From: Eledone cirrhosa
Taxonomy: Eukaryota
Reading direction: 5' to 3'
DNA length: 64,000 nucleotides
NCBI GenBank assembly: GCA_964016885.1
Contig: OZ024746.1
Coordinates: 43,834,001 to 43,898,000, forward strand
Position 1 is the first letter of the stretch. Each line of letters starts with the position of its first letter. This document shows positions 19,517 to 34,175 of this stretch, one piece after another. The notes beneath the pieces are model-generated. The model was not told where the DNA came from and searched no databases. It saw only the letters and a program-made list of their open reading frames with translations. The translations under genes and the position numbers were made by a program.

Positions 19517-21467
19517 AAAGAATCGCAGAAACATGACTGTCGTGTGGCTGGACTATCAAAAAGCATTTGATAGTGTACCTCATGGGTGGATTATTAAGGC
19601 TTTACAGTTAGCTAAAGTCCCACAACCATTAGTAGCTGCTGTTGAACGCCTGACCAAGAACTGGTACACCAATTTGATCCTTAGAGGTGAGAAGGAGCAG
19701 GTTAAGACTGATAGGATACATTACCAGAAGGGCATCTTTCAGGGTGATAGCTTGTCAGTACTACTCTTCGTTCTCTCACTGAATCCACTATCTTACCTAC
19801 TCAGGAAACAAGGTGGACAAAGAAGTGGGCCCAGAAGTATCTCCCATCTTTTCTTTGTTGATGACCTGAAGTTGTATGGGCCAAATATCAATGACATCAA
19901 GAAACAATTGGACCTCATTACACAATTTTCAACCGACATCAAAATGAAATTTGGTGAGTCCAAGTGTGCATATTTGGCAGTAAAACGTGGAAGAGCTGTG
20001 CCCTCCTCTAGAAATCTAGATATGAACGGCCTGACAATACAACCTCTGCAGTCAGGTGACAACTACAGATATCTTGGACAGGATGAGAATGTCAGATATG
20101 ATGGACCCATAAATAAGGAGAGAACCAGAACTGAATACCTCAGAAGAGTAAAAAAAATATGGTCATCAGAACTGTCAGCATACAACAAATACATTGCCCA
20201 CAATACCTATGCTGTGCCAATTATAACGCCAACATTTGGCCTACTGAACTGGTCATTGCAAGAACTAAGTGAGATGGATGTTAGAACTCGTAAACTTCTC
20301 AGTGTTACTGGGAACTTTAACATCAATGGTGATGTGGATAGGCTATACTTCTCACGCAAGGAAGGTGGCCGGGGTCTAAAATCAATATTAACAACATATG
20401 AGACCCGGATAGTAACACTGAAGCAACACCTTCAACAGAGGAAAAAGGTTGGCGACCATCTTGCTCAGGTTTATGAGCATGAAAAAAGAAATATCATTAG
20501 AATAGCGACTGATCTGGAGGAGAGATATGGAATAAAGCCTGATATAAATCTCTCACCCAGAGAAATCGGAAGATCCTATTCAATGTTCAAACAAGAAAAA
20601 AAAATTGACCAATTTACAGAGAAAGTTGTGCATGGATACTTGAGGCGTAAAACACAGACCATAGAGGGGATAAACCACTCAAAAAGCCTGGCATGGAGTT
20701 CCGACAAGTTTATGACATCACACCTTGAGGGATATCTCTATGCAATACAGGAACAAGAACTCCCTACCAAATATCTGCTGCACAAAAGAGGAGGGCCAGC
20801 AGCTGACAATAAATGTAGGCTATGTAAAACAAAGATCGAGGATGTAAGCCACATTGTTGCCAGCTGCGAAAGAATGTCATCTCGCTACTACCTCCCCATG
20901 AGACACGATGGGATAGCTAGAACTATCTGGAACGCACTTCGGAAAACAAAATTAACAACAAACGAGGAAGAATATATTGAGACAGATGGCACTAAGGAAT
21001 ACTGGTGGAACCTGAAAATAAAAACTGCCACCAAATTAAAGCACAACCGGCCTGATATTGTAGTTTGGGACCACACATTGAAAACGTGTTCTGTTGTGGA
21101 GATCAGCTGCCCACTTGATGTAAACGTTGTCAGAAAAATACAGGAGAAGGAGGACATCTACGGACCATTGATGAGGAGCTTACAAATCCAGTATCCAAGA
21201 TACACCTTTAGCTTCATACCCATAATTATTGGTGCTACGGGTTATATACCAACCCGCTTGGACCAAAGTATGACCGAACTTGGATTTGCGGACAAAAAGC
21301 GCAGCTCCCTAATTCATAGTCTACAAATGGCTGCGATAGCTGGCACCTTCAAAATATGCAAAACATTCTTGCGATTCAAGGGATGAAAATTTCTTTTCTT
21401 TTACAACCTTGCCACCAGGAAGGTGGCCGGTCAAAAAAATATACTCGAAATTAAGAGAAAGAGAAAA
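19517..21467 (+). mobile_element. 5'-truncated R4/Dong-clade non-LTR retrotransposon
   Basis: Begins inside the RT ([22 protein letters not shown]); short 3' UTR 21387-21467 ends in A-rich sequence abutting a (CATA)/(TA) array. Confidence 0.88.
19533..21386 (+). CDS. Partial RT + CCHC zinc knuckle + restriction-like (PD-D/ExK) endonuclease, 617 aa uninterrupted
   Basis: [48 protein letters not shown]-x8-H-x4-C, RHD, RPDIV, VEISCP, KEDIY; the Met is internal because the element is 5'-truncated. Confidence 0.9.
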   Translation: MTVVWLDYQKAFDSVPHGWIIKALQLAKVPQPLVAAVERLTKNWYTNLILRGEKEQVKTDRIHYQKGIFQGDSLSVLLFVLSLNPLSYLLRKQGGQRSGPRSISHLFFVDDLKLYGPNINDIKKQLDLITQFSTDIKMKFGESKCAYLAVKRGRAVPSSRNLDMNGLTIQPLQSGDNYRYLGQDENVRYDGPINKERTRTEYLRRVKKIWSSELSAYNKYIAHNTYAVPIITPTFGLLNWSLQELSEMDVRTRKLLSVTGNFNINGDVDRLYFSRKEGGRGLKSILTTYETRIVTLKQHLQQRKKVGDHLAQVYEHEKRNIIRIATDLEERYGIKPDINLSPREIGRSYSMFKQEKKIDQFTEKVVHGYLRRKTQTIEGINHSKSLAWSSDKFMTSHLEGYLYAIQEQELPTKYLLHKRGGPAADNKCRLCKTKIEDVSHIVASCERMSSRYYLPMRHDGIARTIWNALRKTKLTTNEEEYIETDGTKEYWWNLKIKTATKLKHNRPDIVVWDHTLKTCSVVEISCPLDVNVVRKIQEKEDIYGPLMRSLQIQYPRYTFSFIPIIIGATGYIPTRLDQSMTELGFADKKRSSLIHSLQMAAIAGTFKICKTFLRFKG

Positions 21468-21687
21468 CATACATATATACATACATACATATATATATAC
21501 ATACATACATATATATATACATACATATATATATACATACATACATATATATATACATACATATATATATACATACATACATATATATATACATACATAC
21601 ATACATATATATATACATACATACATATATACATACATACATACATATATATATACATACATACATACATATATATATACATACATA

Positions 21688-21725
<38 letters not shown>

Positions 21726-21740
21726 CATGCATATATATAC

Positions 21741-21773
<33 letters not shown>

Positions 21774-22178
21774 CATACATATATATATACATACATATAT
21801 ATATACATACATATATATATATACATACATACATATATATATATATACATATATATATATACACATATATATATATACATACATATATATATATACATAC
21901 ATACATATATATATATATACATACATACATATATATATATATACATACATACATATATATACATACATACATATATATATATATACATATATATATATAC
22001 ATACATACATATATATATATACATATATATATATACATACATACATATATATATATACATATATATATATACATACATACATATATATATATACATACAT
22101 ACATATATATATATACATACATACATATATATATATACATACATACATATATATATATACATACATACATATATATAT

Positions 22179-22241
<63 letters not shown>

Positions 22242-22286
22242 CATACATATACATATATATATATACATACATATATATATATATAT

Positions 22287-22317
<31 letters not shown>

Positions 22318-22580
22318 CATACATACATATATATATATATACATACATATATATATATATATATACATACATACATATATATATACATACATATATATAC
22401 ATATATATATACATACATATATATACATATATATACATACATATATATATATATATATATACATACATATATATATATATACATATATATACATACATAT
22501 ATATATATATATATACATACATATATATATATATACATACATATATATACATATATATACATACATATATATATATATAC

Positions 22581-22611
<31 letters not shown>

Positions 22612-22736
22612 CATATATATACATACATATATATACATATATATACATACATACATATACATATATATACATAGATACATATATATACATATATATACAT
22701 ACATATACATATATATACATACATACATATATATAC

Positions 22737-22773
<37 letters not shown>

Positions 22774-22870
22774 CATATATATACATACATACATATATAT
22801 ACATATATATACATATACATATATATATACATATATATACATATATATATATACATATATATATATATAC

Positions 22871-22901
<31 letters not shown>

Positions 22902-22914
22902 CATATATATATAC

Positions 22915-22945
<31 letters not shown>

Positions 22946-22956
22946 CATATATATAC

Positions 22957-23019
<63 letters not shown>

Positions 23020-23058
23020 CATATATATACATATATATATATATATACATATATATAC

Positions 23059-23153
<95 letters not shown>

Positions 23154-23172
23154 CATATATACATATATATAC

Positions 23173-23245
<73 letters not shown>

Positions 23246-23372
23246 CATATATATATACATATATATGTATATATATATGTATGTATATATATATATACAT
23301 ATATATATATATACATATATATATACATACATATATATATACATATATATATATATATACATATATATATAC

Positions 23373-23437
<65 letters not shown>

Positions 23438-23464
23438 CATATATATATACATATATATATATAC

Positions 23465-23513
<49 letters not shown>

Positions 23514-23546
23514 CATATATATATACATATATATATATATACATAC

Positions 23547-23641
<95 letters not shown>

Positions 23642-23652
23642 CATATATATAC

Positions 23653-23699
<47 letters not shown>

Positions 23700-23714
23700 C
23701 ATATATATATATAC

Positions 23715-23761
<47 letters not shown>

Positions 23762-23762
23762 C

Positions 23763-23810
<48 letters not shown>

Positions 23811-23846
23811 ATATACATATATATATATATACATATACATATACAC

Positions 23847-23893
<47 letters not shown>

Positions 23894-23932
23894 CATATAT
23901 ATACATATACATATATACATATATATATATAC

Positions 23933-23963
<31 letters not shown>

Positions 23964-24002
23964 CATATATATACATATACATATATACATATATATATAT
24001 AC

Positions 24003-24055
<53 letters not shown>

Positions 24056-24174
24056 CATATACATATATATACATATACATATATATACATATATATATAT
24101 ATACATATACATATATATATATACATATACATATATATATATATACATATACATATATATATATATACATATAC

Positions 24175-24221
<47 letters not shown>

Positions 24222-24288
24222 CATATACATATATATACATATACATATACATATATATACATATACATATACATATATATACATATAC

Positions 24289-24337
<49 letters not shown>

Positions 24338-24863
24338 TATATACATATATATACATATATATATATACATATATACATATATATATACATATATATATAC
24401 ATATATACATATATATATACATATATATACACATATATACATATATATATACATATATATACATATATATACATATACATATATATACATATATATACAT
24501 ATACATATATATACATATATATACATATACATATATATACATATATATACATATACATATATATACATATATATACATATACATATATATACATATATAT
24601 ACATATACATATATATACATATATATACATATATATACATATACATATATACATATATATACATATATATACATATATATATATATACATATATACATAT
24701 ATATATATACATATATATATATATACATATATACATATATATATATATATACATATATATACATATATATATATACATATATATATATATACATATATAC
24801 ATATATATATATATACATATATACATATATATATATATATACATATATATACATATATATACA

Positions 24864-24917
<54 letters not shown>

Positions 24918-25002
24918 CATATATACATATATATATACATATATATATATATACATATATACATATATATATACATATATATATATATACATATATATAT
25001 AC

Positions 25003-25033
<31 letters not shown>

Positions 25034-25048
25034 CATATATATATATAC

Positions 25049-25101
<53 letters not shown>

Positions 25102-25110
25102 CATATATAT
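21468..25110. repeat. Interrupted (CATA)n/(TA)n array (~3.6 kb)
   Basis: CATA-rich near the R4 3' end, grading into CA(TA)n; short TG patch at ~23265-23286. Confidence 0.97.
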
Positions 25111-25268
25111 AAATAAATAAATGCCATTGTTAATTAATTAATAAATTAACTAATACCTTAACACTTCACACAAAGTAAAATATTTTCTAACCCCGAAAAA
25201 AGAGAAAAAAATAAAAAGGAAAAAATATATTTTTTCCTAATAATCGTCTTTTTCTCCCTGTTTTCATA

Positions 25269-25341
<73 letters not shown>

Positions 25342-26064
25342 TAAATGCCGACTTGGCAAGATCTTTGAATCAATGGGTTATCATATATTGTCTTTGCGGA
25401 TAAATGCAGGTCACTTCACACATGCTGAGTTGAACCTAATAATTAAGTCAGTCCTGGGCTGAGTCAGTCTTCCTTCAATTCTGGAGCCTGTAGGATTTCC
25501 ATCATCCAGGGATGATGGAAAAAGCCAGATTACCTTACCATTTGCACTTGGTTTAGAGGTAGATGTCTCATTTGGGATGTCACATTTAGTTACTCTTAAC
25601 TCCTTCCCATACCTTGGATGCTGTTGTAATGATGAGGATCACAGCATTCATAACTGAATAGAATTAAATTCTAAAATACTATGAATCATCAGCAAAATAT
25701 ATTACCCATTCTTTAGCATTTAAGACATTATGGGGTAGTAATAATAAGGTTTTTGTCACTGTTGGTAGTTCATATTATTGACTATCAGGAACTGTTTGTG
25801 TTTACTATCTGACGATGAATTGTTAATATTTTGATGATTTATGTAAATCCTAATCATGCTCATTTACACTGAGTCCTCTCTTGTTTTTAGTTGTAAGACT
25901 TTTTTTTAATTATGTATGCTTATGTAAGTGCTTGACTGTTCTAATCAAAAGACACTCACTAGTTGTCCTATACGACTATTTTACAGTGTAGGCTGAGTGG
26001 CTTTTATGATACTGACATAACTTTGAGTGTAAGAGTGATGTCAACAGAAGTGGGGAGGGTGTAT

Positions 26065-26292
26065 TTAACCCTTTAGCATTCACATTACTCTATATATACT
26101 ATTATATTTTCATGGTAAAGGCTTTATCTCGCATAATTATCTCACATCATATCGAATCTATGAGACTTTCAAAGTATTTATTTTGAGAACAATACCTTAA
26201 CATCAGTTTGAGCGACCGGTTATAGCCAGTTTCAACAGAAAGCGGTAGAGAACTCTGGCCGGTTTTGGCCGGTTTGAACATTAAAGGGTTAA
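26065..26292. mobile_element. piggyBac-type MITE (~220 bp) with TTAA TSD
   Basis: TTAA|CCCTTTAGCATTCA ... TGAACATTAAAGGG|TTAA; non-coding interior. Confidence 0.85.
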
Positions 26293-26392
26293 AGGCATCA
26301 GGGTGTACGGAAGGGAGTATAATGGTTAAGTGGTTAAGTAGTTAAGAGATGCCTACTAGATGTATATTTGAGTCCGTATATATATATATATA

Positions 26393-26685
26393 TCATCATC
26401 ATCATCATTTTATATCTATTGTATGTTTGTGTGTTTTATGTCTATTGCTGGTATGGGTTAGACGAGTTGTTCTGTTGTGGGCAATGTTAGGTCAGTTCAC
26501 CATGTCTTGCTCATACAGAACTGATTTGGGCTTGGTTTCTACAGCTGGATGCCCTTCCTAACACCAACCTCATTTACAGTATGGACTGGGTGCTTTTTGT
26601 CATGACAACTATATGACCACTTTACAGTGTGGGCTGAGTACTTTTTACCATGTCACCATCATGACCACTTTACTGTGTTTCAGCC
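26393..26685 (-). mobile_element. 3' UTR-only copy of RTE subfamily B
   Basis: Aligns by eye with 8062-8330 (GCTCATACAG..ACTGATTT.GGCTTG..CAGCTGGATGCCCTTCCTAACACCAACC); (CAT)n tail. Confidence 0.85.
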
Positions 26686-27199
26686 TGTATGTATATATAT
26701 ATATGTATGTATGTTAGGTGTGAAATTCTAATTAAATTTCATTGATTCAAAAATCAAAACAGAATTTGAATAAATGCAACAAGAGAAATACCCTACTACT
26801 ACTACTTTTGGTCATGATCATTTACCTTTGAATAATACTACAGAGCTATCCTTACATAATTCATATTAATATCAATCTATATTTTCATATAAATGTATAT
26901 ACATATATATATGTGCGTATGTGTGTGTTAACTTATTTTGTTTAATGTTTATTTTATATTGATCAAAGGACTACTGGTCATAGAGTCATATTTATCATAT
27001 ATAGCTGGTTGACTGTAAATTCAGATTTCACCTCTTAAGGCTTATCCAAGCAGTGCTTGTAGATATTCATACATGAAAACTTGGCTTGCTGTCAGATATT
27101 GATAATAAGTTAAATTTTAAATGTATGCTATCATGTGTAAAAGGTAAAAAAAAAATTGTGTAAATAGTAGTTAATATACTGTAGGTAAATTAGCAATAT

Positions 27200-27700
27200 A
27201 ACGATGTTATATTCATATTTCAAACCTAGCATTCACATATAGTTGGAACTTAATGGTTGATGAATTTTGAAAAGAAGTGTTTTAGCAAGATGGTATATTG
27301 GTTTGTGTGCTTGTTTGTGTGGATGCTTGATGTCATTGCCAAGATTTTTCCTTAAGGCATAATACTCAATTTATTCAGTTCTGATTTGCTTATTTCTATA
27401 ATTCCTTTTTTTTGCAAATTTTGCAAATTTCTGTTTCCCATACTTAAATAGTCATTTGAGTATGCTATGAATTCTATGATTTTTTTTCCACTCATATATG
27501 TACACTTGCTTAATGAGTAATTTGCAAACCACCTAAATACACACAAACACACACAATCAAGTATCCATACAAACAGGCTACCATACTCTTTTACCAACTT
27601 GTAACACCTGCTCCCAACACAGCTATTTCCTCTCTTCAACCTTCATATACCATTCGATTTCAACTATATAGGACCTTTGGGTTTGAAATATGAATATGAC
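27200..27700. mobile_element. Decayed long-TIR element (MITE-like)
   Basis: ATATTCATATTTCAAACC (~27210) vs GGTTTGAAATATGAATAT (~27680); further inverted blocks TATAGTTG..AATGGT and GTTTGTGTGGATGCTTGAT / ATCAAGTATCCATACAAAC. Confidence 0.6.
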
Positions 27701-28049
27701 TTCTTTACATTCACAATTTTCTTTAATATAGAAAATGTTTGATTTTTTTTATTTCTTGTTTATTTCTTGTATAAAGGCCAAAAATTGAAAATTAAATTTA
27801 CTACCCCTAGCAATAAGGTTTTATGTGTAAAGATCTATAAACTCTGTATTAAATGTTTGAATAAGCCTTGAAAGACAATATAAAGTCTCAGACACAATAT
27901 ATATATCATCATCATCATTTTACATCTCTTTTCCATGCTGCAATAGGCTGGATAGTTTGTCATGATCTGTGACTAGACAGGTCAGAGAACACTGTCTTGC
28001 TAATGCATTCCATTTTAGCATGGTTCCTATGATTGGATCTACTTCTTTA

Positions 28050-29108
28050 TGCCAACTACTTAACAGCATGTTCTGGGTGCATTTTATTGTGATACCCTCA
28101 CAGATAGAGCATTGGGAATTCCTGAAAGATAACCTACTGAAGGCAACAGACGAGTTCTGTGGATGGAGCAGAGCCACACATAGAAGAAGAGTGACTTAGT
28201 GGTTAAACAATAAAGTAGATGAGGCAATTAAGTCCAAGAGATAGGCATGGGAAAAATGGAAGATTTGGGTAAGCTAAGCAACACGCATATATTGCAAAGA
28301 CGGAAGCAGACGATAAAAAATTCAAGCATTTTAGCATTTTTTGAACCGTAAAGACCAGAAACAGGAGGTATTCAGGATTGTAAGGCAGTGCATTAGGGAA
28401 AACTCTGAGGTCATCAAAGAGAAGTATATCCGTGATGATAAAGGTGCATAAGCCCTCATAGATGCAGAAAAGAAAATAGCATGGAAGAACCATTATGAAA
28501 GATTACTGAATAAGAAGAGTGCATGGGAGAAGAAGAGCCTACTCCAAGTAGGAAGACTTGGGATGAAGTGATAAAAGCTGGACTTGCCCAATTGCACCTC
28601 TGAAAGGCTATGACACAGGTGTTATGCAGGAATACTGAATACCCACCTTCCCATAAGCACAGGCTGAAGTATACATCTAGTGTATGCCACCGCACCCCAC
28701 CCACTTTAATTACCTCCCACATTCTAATACTCTCACCCTCACACACGCTCAAATACTCACCTCTCCAATCCACCACACACCAAAGTCTCCAGCACACACT
28801 GCAAAGTGGTCATGATGGTGACACAACAAAAATCACCCAGCCCACACTGTAACATGGCCATGTATGTGTCACAACAGAAAGCACCTAGCCCACACTACAA
28901 AGTCGTCATGTAGGTGTCATGACAAAAAGCACCCAATACACACTGTTTATGTGGTTGGCGTTAGGAAGGGCATCCAGCTGTAGAAACCAAGCCAAAATCA
29001 GTTCTGTATGAGCAACACATGGTAACCTGATCCAGCATTTCTCACAACAGCACAACTCATCTAACCCATGCTAGCATTGAAAAATGGACATTAAATGGTG
29101 ATGATGAT
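28050..29108 (+). mobile_element. Internally deleted RTE subfamily B copy (post-APE region joined to ORF end + composite 3' UTR)
   Basis: NLLKATDEFCGWSRAT matches the 3527-3904 ORF; jumps at ~28550 to the KTWDEVI-type ORF end; tandem ~50-bp units, AGGAAGGGCATCCAGC, CCCATGCTAGCAT tail, (TGA)n. Confidence 0.8.
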
Positions 29109-29339
29109 ACATTTATTCATGATCATCATCATTTTATTCATACATAATACAAGCATGAAAATATGGGCACAAAACAGCGATGATGATGATGCATACATAT
29201 ATATATAAGTTGACCGATTTGGCAAAGTCATTAGTGCATCAGATATTTAGTGTGAGTCACTACATTCTGAGTTCAAATTTCACCAAGCTGATTTGCTTTT
29301 CATCCTTTCAGGGTTAATAAAGAAATTATCAGCCCAGGC

Positions 29340-29790
29340 TAGTGCAGTCTTTTATGATTTCCTTCCACTATTTGAGACCAGCTTTCACCATCAACACACA
29401 CACTTCCTCTACTGTAGATTTCTTCCTTCCAGTGAGATTTCTTGGCACTTCTCCTTTTGATCATCCATACACATCACATGTCCATACCAGTGCAGTCTTT
29501 TCTCTGTCACAATATATTTGATTCCTCTTGTATATAGTTTTTATCTCAGTTCATCCATGCACATTAACATTGCACATACATCAAATCACCTATCCACGGC
29601 ATTCACTGCCCATATCTCACTACCATGCAGCATTGCACACTGCACATAGGCATCATACATCCAGCATTTCATTCAGAGAGAAGCCTTTTGTTGTCAACAG
29701 AGTTAGTAGCTCCCTGAATATTTTCCATCCTATTCTTAATGTTGATACTATGTTTTCAGGGCAACCTCCTTCAGTGTTAATTACGTCAAC
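29340..29790 (-). mobile_element. Decayed RTE 3' coding fragment
   Basis: Matches 1880-2380 (ATCACATGTCCATACC, CTCACTACCATGCAGCAT, AGCTCCCTGAA). Confidence 0.8.
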
Positions 29791-30383
29791 AAGATAGCAG
29801 TAGCTATGAATCACTAAATCTTGATCTTGTCTTGTTACATATAAACATGATTTGTGATGATGATTTGTAGTTGATTCTTTTTCCTTAATTTTGCTATGAG
29901 CTAGTGTAGGGGAAAATTCATTGGGGTGAAAACTATTTAGAGAAATTTTGCAGTCTTTTTATTCATCGTTTTATTTATACATGGGTAATATCAGACACCA
30001 CTGAATGATGTAATGTTTTTTTAATCTGTTAACCCCAAACTTCACTGTTGAAATCAGAGCTTCAGTGTGTTCTGACCTTATCCAACATTTCTTTCGCAGA
30101 GAATCTTCTGTTATCTCCATAATACCCAACAGTACATATTTTATGCTTCATCAATCTTTTTATTTCTAGGGTCTTTCAACAATAATTGCCAATATCTGAA
30201 GTTTTTCCTTTGCTATAAAGAGATTTTATCCACTAAGAGGTATTGCATTATTTTATCTTGTATGATTTCCAAAGAAGAAAAACCTAATTTTCATTTTATT
30301 TTATTTCTCCCACTAGAATTAATGATTGCATTGCAGTCAAGCATAATCCTCTTTTTTATTTACAATTTGTCACATATTGTTAT

Positions 30384-30503
30384 ATTATCTAATATATTAA
30401 CTTTGCCTTTCATCCTTACGGGGTTGATAAAATAAAGTACCAGTAATATACTGGGTAATTGCTCGCCTTGTGCCAAAAGTAGAAACAATTATCTAATATA
30501 TTA
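30384..30503 (+). mobile_element. 5'-truncated SINE family 1 with 16-bp TSD
   Basis: ATTATCTAATATATTA at 30384-30399 and 30488-30503 flank the SINE 3' half. Confidence 0.9.
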
Positions 30504-31594
30504 CGATATATTTTTCATAGATTTTGGAGAATATGTATTCACATTTATATATATTTATAAATTAGAAAGAGTCATTCACTAACATACTACAGCCTTGGAA
30601 TATAAATCTTTTTCCTGCTTCTTCAACCCCTACACCATCCTATATACTTCTAAACAAGGAAGCTACATTCCATCTCCAATGAAATCAACCCAATGCAACT
30701 GTCTCTCTCTTATTTCATTATGCTTTTTTTTTCACTGACAATTGTATGATTTTTTTTTAATCAATCTTCCTCAGAGCTGCAATTTTAAACTTCTTTGCTC
30801 TGTTAACCTTCAGAATCTCAACATGAACTGTAAACACATCAATTAAACTATTCTGATGTCGTATAAATGTCATGAAAGTATAATTCTATGACTAATTAAA
30901 AAATAAACAAAAGGAAGCCATAATATATAAAGTTGTATTCATATTAAGAGATCCTTAGTAAAAAAAAAAGCAGAAGCATTCAAAGCAGTGTACTATGTAA
31001 AGTGCTGTTAGAAATCCAAATTCCTAATGAATAAAATTATTCACTTGCTGAGATTATTTTAAACTAGAAAATATTCAAGAAACTTCATTCTTTTAAAAAT
31101 TGCTATTGTTGTTAACCCTGTGTATCCCAAGTTTTACAATAGGTACACCACACACCTGAATGTTGTAAGAAACAAATAAAATGGCTGGTATCATGAAAGG
31201 AAACGGGCAATAAAATACCGCTGCTAAAATTTCTCTCAAATCTATGCCACAATAAAAAAATTGAACATACAAACAATTCTTATCATGTCCACAAAAAGCT
31301 TGGCTAGATGTGGTTCCACCACAGCTGAACACATTGCTGTCCTTTCTCATTAAACTCTACCAAGTTCAATTATGATGATGATGATGATAACATAACTTAA
31401 AATATTTCATTTGTTTATAATTTACAAATTGCATATTACAAGGCATATTACTCTTCTAATATTGCTTTTCAACTCCCTCTTTTAAAATTGACTTTTTAAT
31501 TTCTCTTGAACATATTTCTCTGGATAAATATTTCCTGTTATTTAGAGACTTTTGAGAATAATAAATCATAAAGGCAGTTTAAATTCTCCTCCCT

Positions 31595-31765
31595 TTCTTT
31601 CTTCTTTGTTTACATATTCCTGAGAGGGTCCTGGGGTAGAGTCTTCAAATACTCCTTCCTGCGGGTCCTGTCAGGAGCAACTGTCTCTAACTAATCCAGC
31701 TGGATCCCCTATCGAGACCAGCCAAACTCATGGATGTTATCCAACCATCTTGCTCAGGGTCTACT
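31595..31765 (-). mobile_element. 3' end of Rex3/Expander-like RTE with (GAA)n tail
   Basis: Similar to 46557-46720 (ATTCCTGAGAGGGTC, GGGTCCTGTCAG, CTCATGGATGTTATCCAAC). Confidence 0.7.
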
Positions 31766-32027
31766 TTCAGTAAATCAGTAAATTTGCTATCTAGTCATTA
31801 GTTTATATATAATTTATTCAGGATTTTAATGCAATCTCATTCACGAAACAAAGCATATCACTGTTAGGTTACTATAACAAGTTTTTTAAAAATACTATAA
31901 AGGTTAGCCACAATTAATCAAAGTTGATATTTTTTCTGATCTATGCTCCAAACATTGAACTTCCTTCATGATATTTTATTACAAAACTGCAAAAGCATTT
32001 AATACAATCTCTGTTTCTTATGTATAT

Positions 32028-32568
32028 TTGTATCTAGAATAAGGACGGGTTTGAAGAAGTTTAGGGAGCTGCTTCCTCTGTTGACAAAGAAGTGTTTCTC
32101 CCTGCGTATGAAAGGCCAGTTATATGATGCTTGTGTGAGATGTGCGATGCTGCATGGTAGTGAGACATGGGCAACAACTACAGAGGATATGCAACGGCTG
32201 GAGAGAAATAAAGCAAGGATGTGCAATGTCAATGTGCGCAAACGACCAAGCATAGATGAGTTGAGAGAGAAAGTGGGTATAAGAGGGATAAGTTGTGGTG
32301 TGCAGGAGAGAAGACTGGGATGTTATGGACATGTGATGCACATGGAGGATGACCACTGGGTAAAGAAGTGCCAAGAAATGCCAGTTGAAGGCAGACGCAC
32401 TAGAGGAAGATCACAAAATACATGGGTGGAGGTGGTGAGAGCAGACCTCAGATTGCTGAAACTCACGGAGGAGATGACGAAGGACCATGACAAGTGGAGA
32501 GATGCTGTGCTGAATAGGACCCATCTCACCCTTGCAAGCAGGGAAAAGCAGACGTAATATGATGATGA
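32028..32568 (+). mobile_element. 5'-truncated RTE subfamily A copy
   Basis: ORF 32051-32557 KKFRELLPLLT..MLHGSETWA..YGHVMHM..TLASREK; tail CCCTTGCAAGCAGGGAAAAGCAGACGTAA(TGA)n. Confidence 0.92.
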
Positions 32569-32689
32569 TAAACATTACTGATTAATGTAAATAGTACTAT
32601 GGAGAAAATTCAACAGAAAATGCTTTGCATGAAAATATGTAAAAGTTGAAACCATCCAGCAAAAGTTTTTTGATAAAAGTTAAACAAAT

Positions 32690-32900
32690 AATTACCTTTA
32701 GCACATGCACAAGGACGTAAATTTTGTAGAAGAAATTAGTTGAATAAACCTGTATCAATATACAACTGGTTCTTTATTTTATCGACCCCAGAAAGATAAA
32801 AGGTGAAGTCAACTTTGGAAAGATTTAAATTCAAAATATAAAGAGCTGAAACAAATATGACAAAGCATTTTTTCTAATGCTCTAACAATTATGCCAATTT
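32690..32900 (-). mobile_element. Diverged SINE family 1-related copy
   Basis: TTTATTTTATCGACCCC..AAAGGTGAAGTCAAC core. Confidence 0.7.
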
Positions 32901-33780
32901 ATAATTAAAATAATAGTTTTGTTAAAAGCAATTAGTAAACTATTAGTCATTTGTTGCTATTTTGGATTCATGTATATTTTCCACTCATGTAAAAATTATA
33001 ATTTAAATATTATAAATCAATTGGTATATTCAAAGAAAATAACAGAATCATTTCCATTTGTACAATTCCTGGCAATTAGTCCTGAGAAAGGTGGCATTTA
33101 ATTTCTTGAGTCAAATAATCTCATGCTCTATATCTATGTAAAACAATAATCATTTTATAGATTTCCCATGAGACTGATGAACATAGCAATTAATAGATAC
33201 AATTAATAAATTTAAATAAAATTTATTACTTTAGAGGACATTTCTGAAGAATACAACGGATATATGTCTTAAAAGAATTATTAAATAATGTTTAAAATTG
33301 CACCATATAATTTGTAATTAAATTTCAAAACTAAATATAATAACATAAATTTTTCTTCCTTTTGTTTTGATAGAAAAGGTTATTGTGTTAGCCTCTTTAT
33401 TTTGGTATTTTCGCAAAGTATGTCAATTGAAAAGATACTTAATCAGTGTCTTATATAGGTATATCCAAATATTGACCACCTTAGGGATACTTCTCTATCT
33501 ATCTCACTCAGTTTAATGAAACGAAACTTTCTTTATTGTCATTGCTTTAAGTATATATTATCTATACATACATATATCTAAGCTTGAACTACATTAAGAA
33601 AGTCTTTTTTTCTCCCAATAAGTTAAATCAACAAAACAGTTAGGAATTTTAGTGTCCTAATCATTCAACAGTTAAATTTAAGAACTTGATTCAGATTGGT
33701 TCTTGTGAATCACACACTTGAGATTATAGAGCAGAAAATGCTACTAGAATAGTTTTTGTTTCATATATTACTACTCTTAA

Positions 33781-34175
33781 CAATTATTTCTACTTTTGGC
33801 ACAAAGCCAACAATTACCTCAGTGCATTACTGGTGCTATATTTTATCGACCCCGTAAGGTTGAAAGGCAAAGTTAACCTCAACAAGATTTTAGCTCAGAA
33901 CATAAATGGCCATAACTCTATGCTGCAAAACATGGTGTTTGATGCTCTACGAATACTACCAAACTCTCAATAATGATTTCTAATGTAGCCAGCAATTTGT
34001 GGGGAAGGGAAAGTCGATTGTATCAACCCAGTACTTTACTATATTTTATTTTATTGACTGTGGAAGGATGAAAAGCAAAGTTGACCATGGCAGAATTTGA
34101 ACTTAAAAGGTAAAGAACCAGAACAAATACTACTAAGTATTTGTCTGATGCTCTAACCACTCTCTCAACCACCAC
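33781..34175 (-). mobile_element. Two adjacent SINE family 1-related copies (33781-33962 and ~33968-34175)
   Basis: Both carry the GAAAGGCAAAGTTAACC/GAAAAGCAAAGTTGACC core and an antisense B-box; the second has a longer 3' part. Confidence 0.8.
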
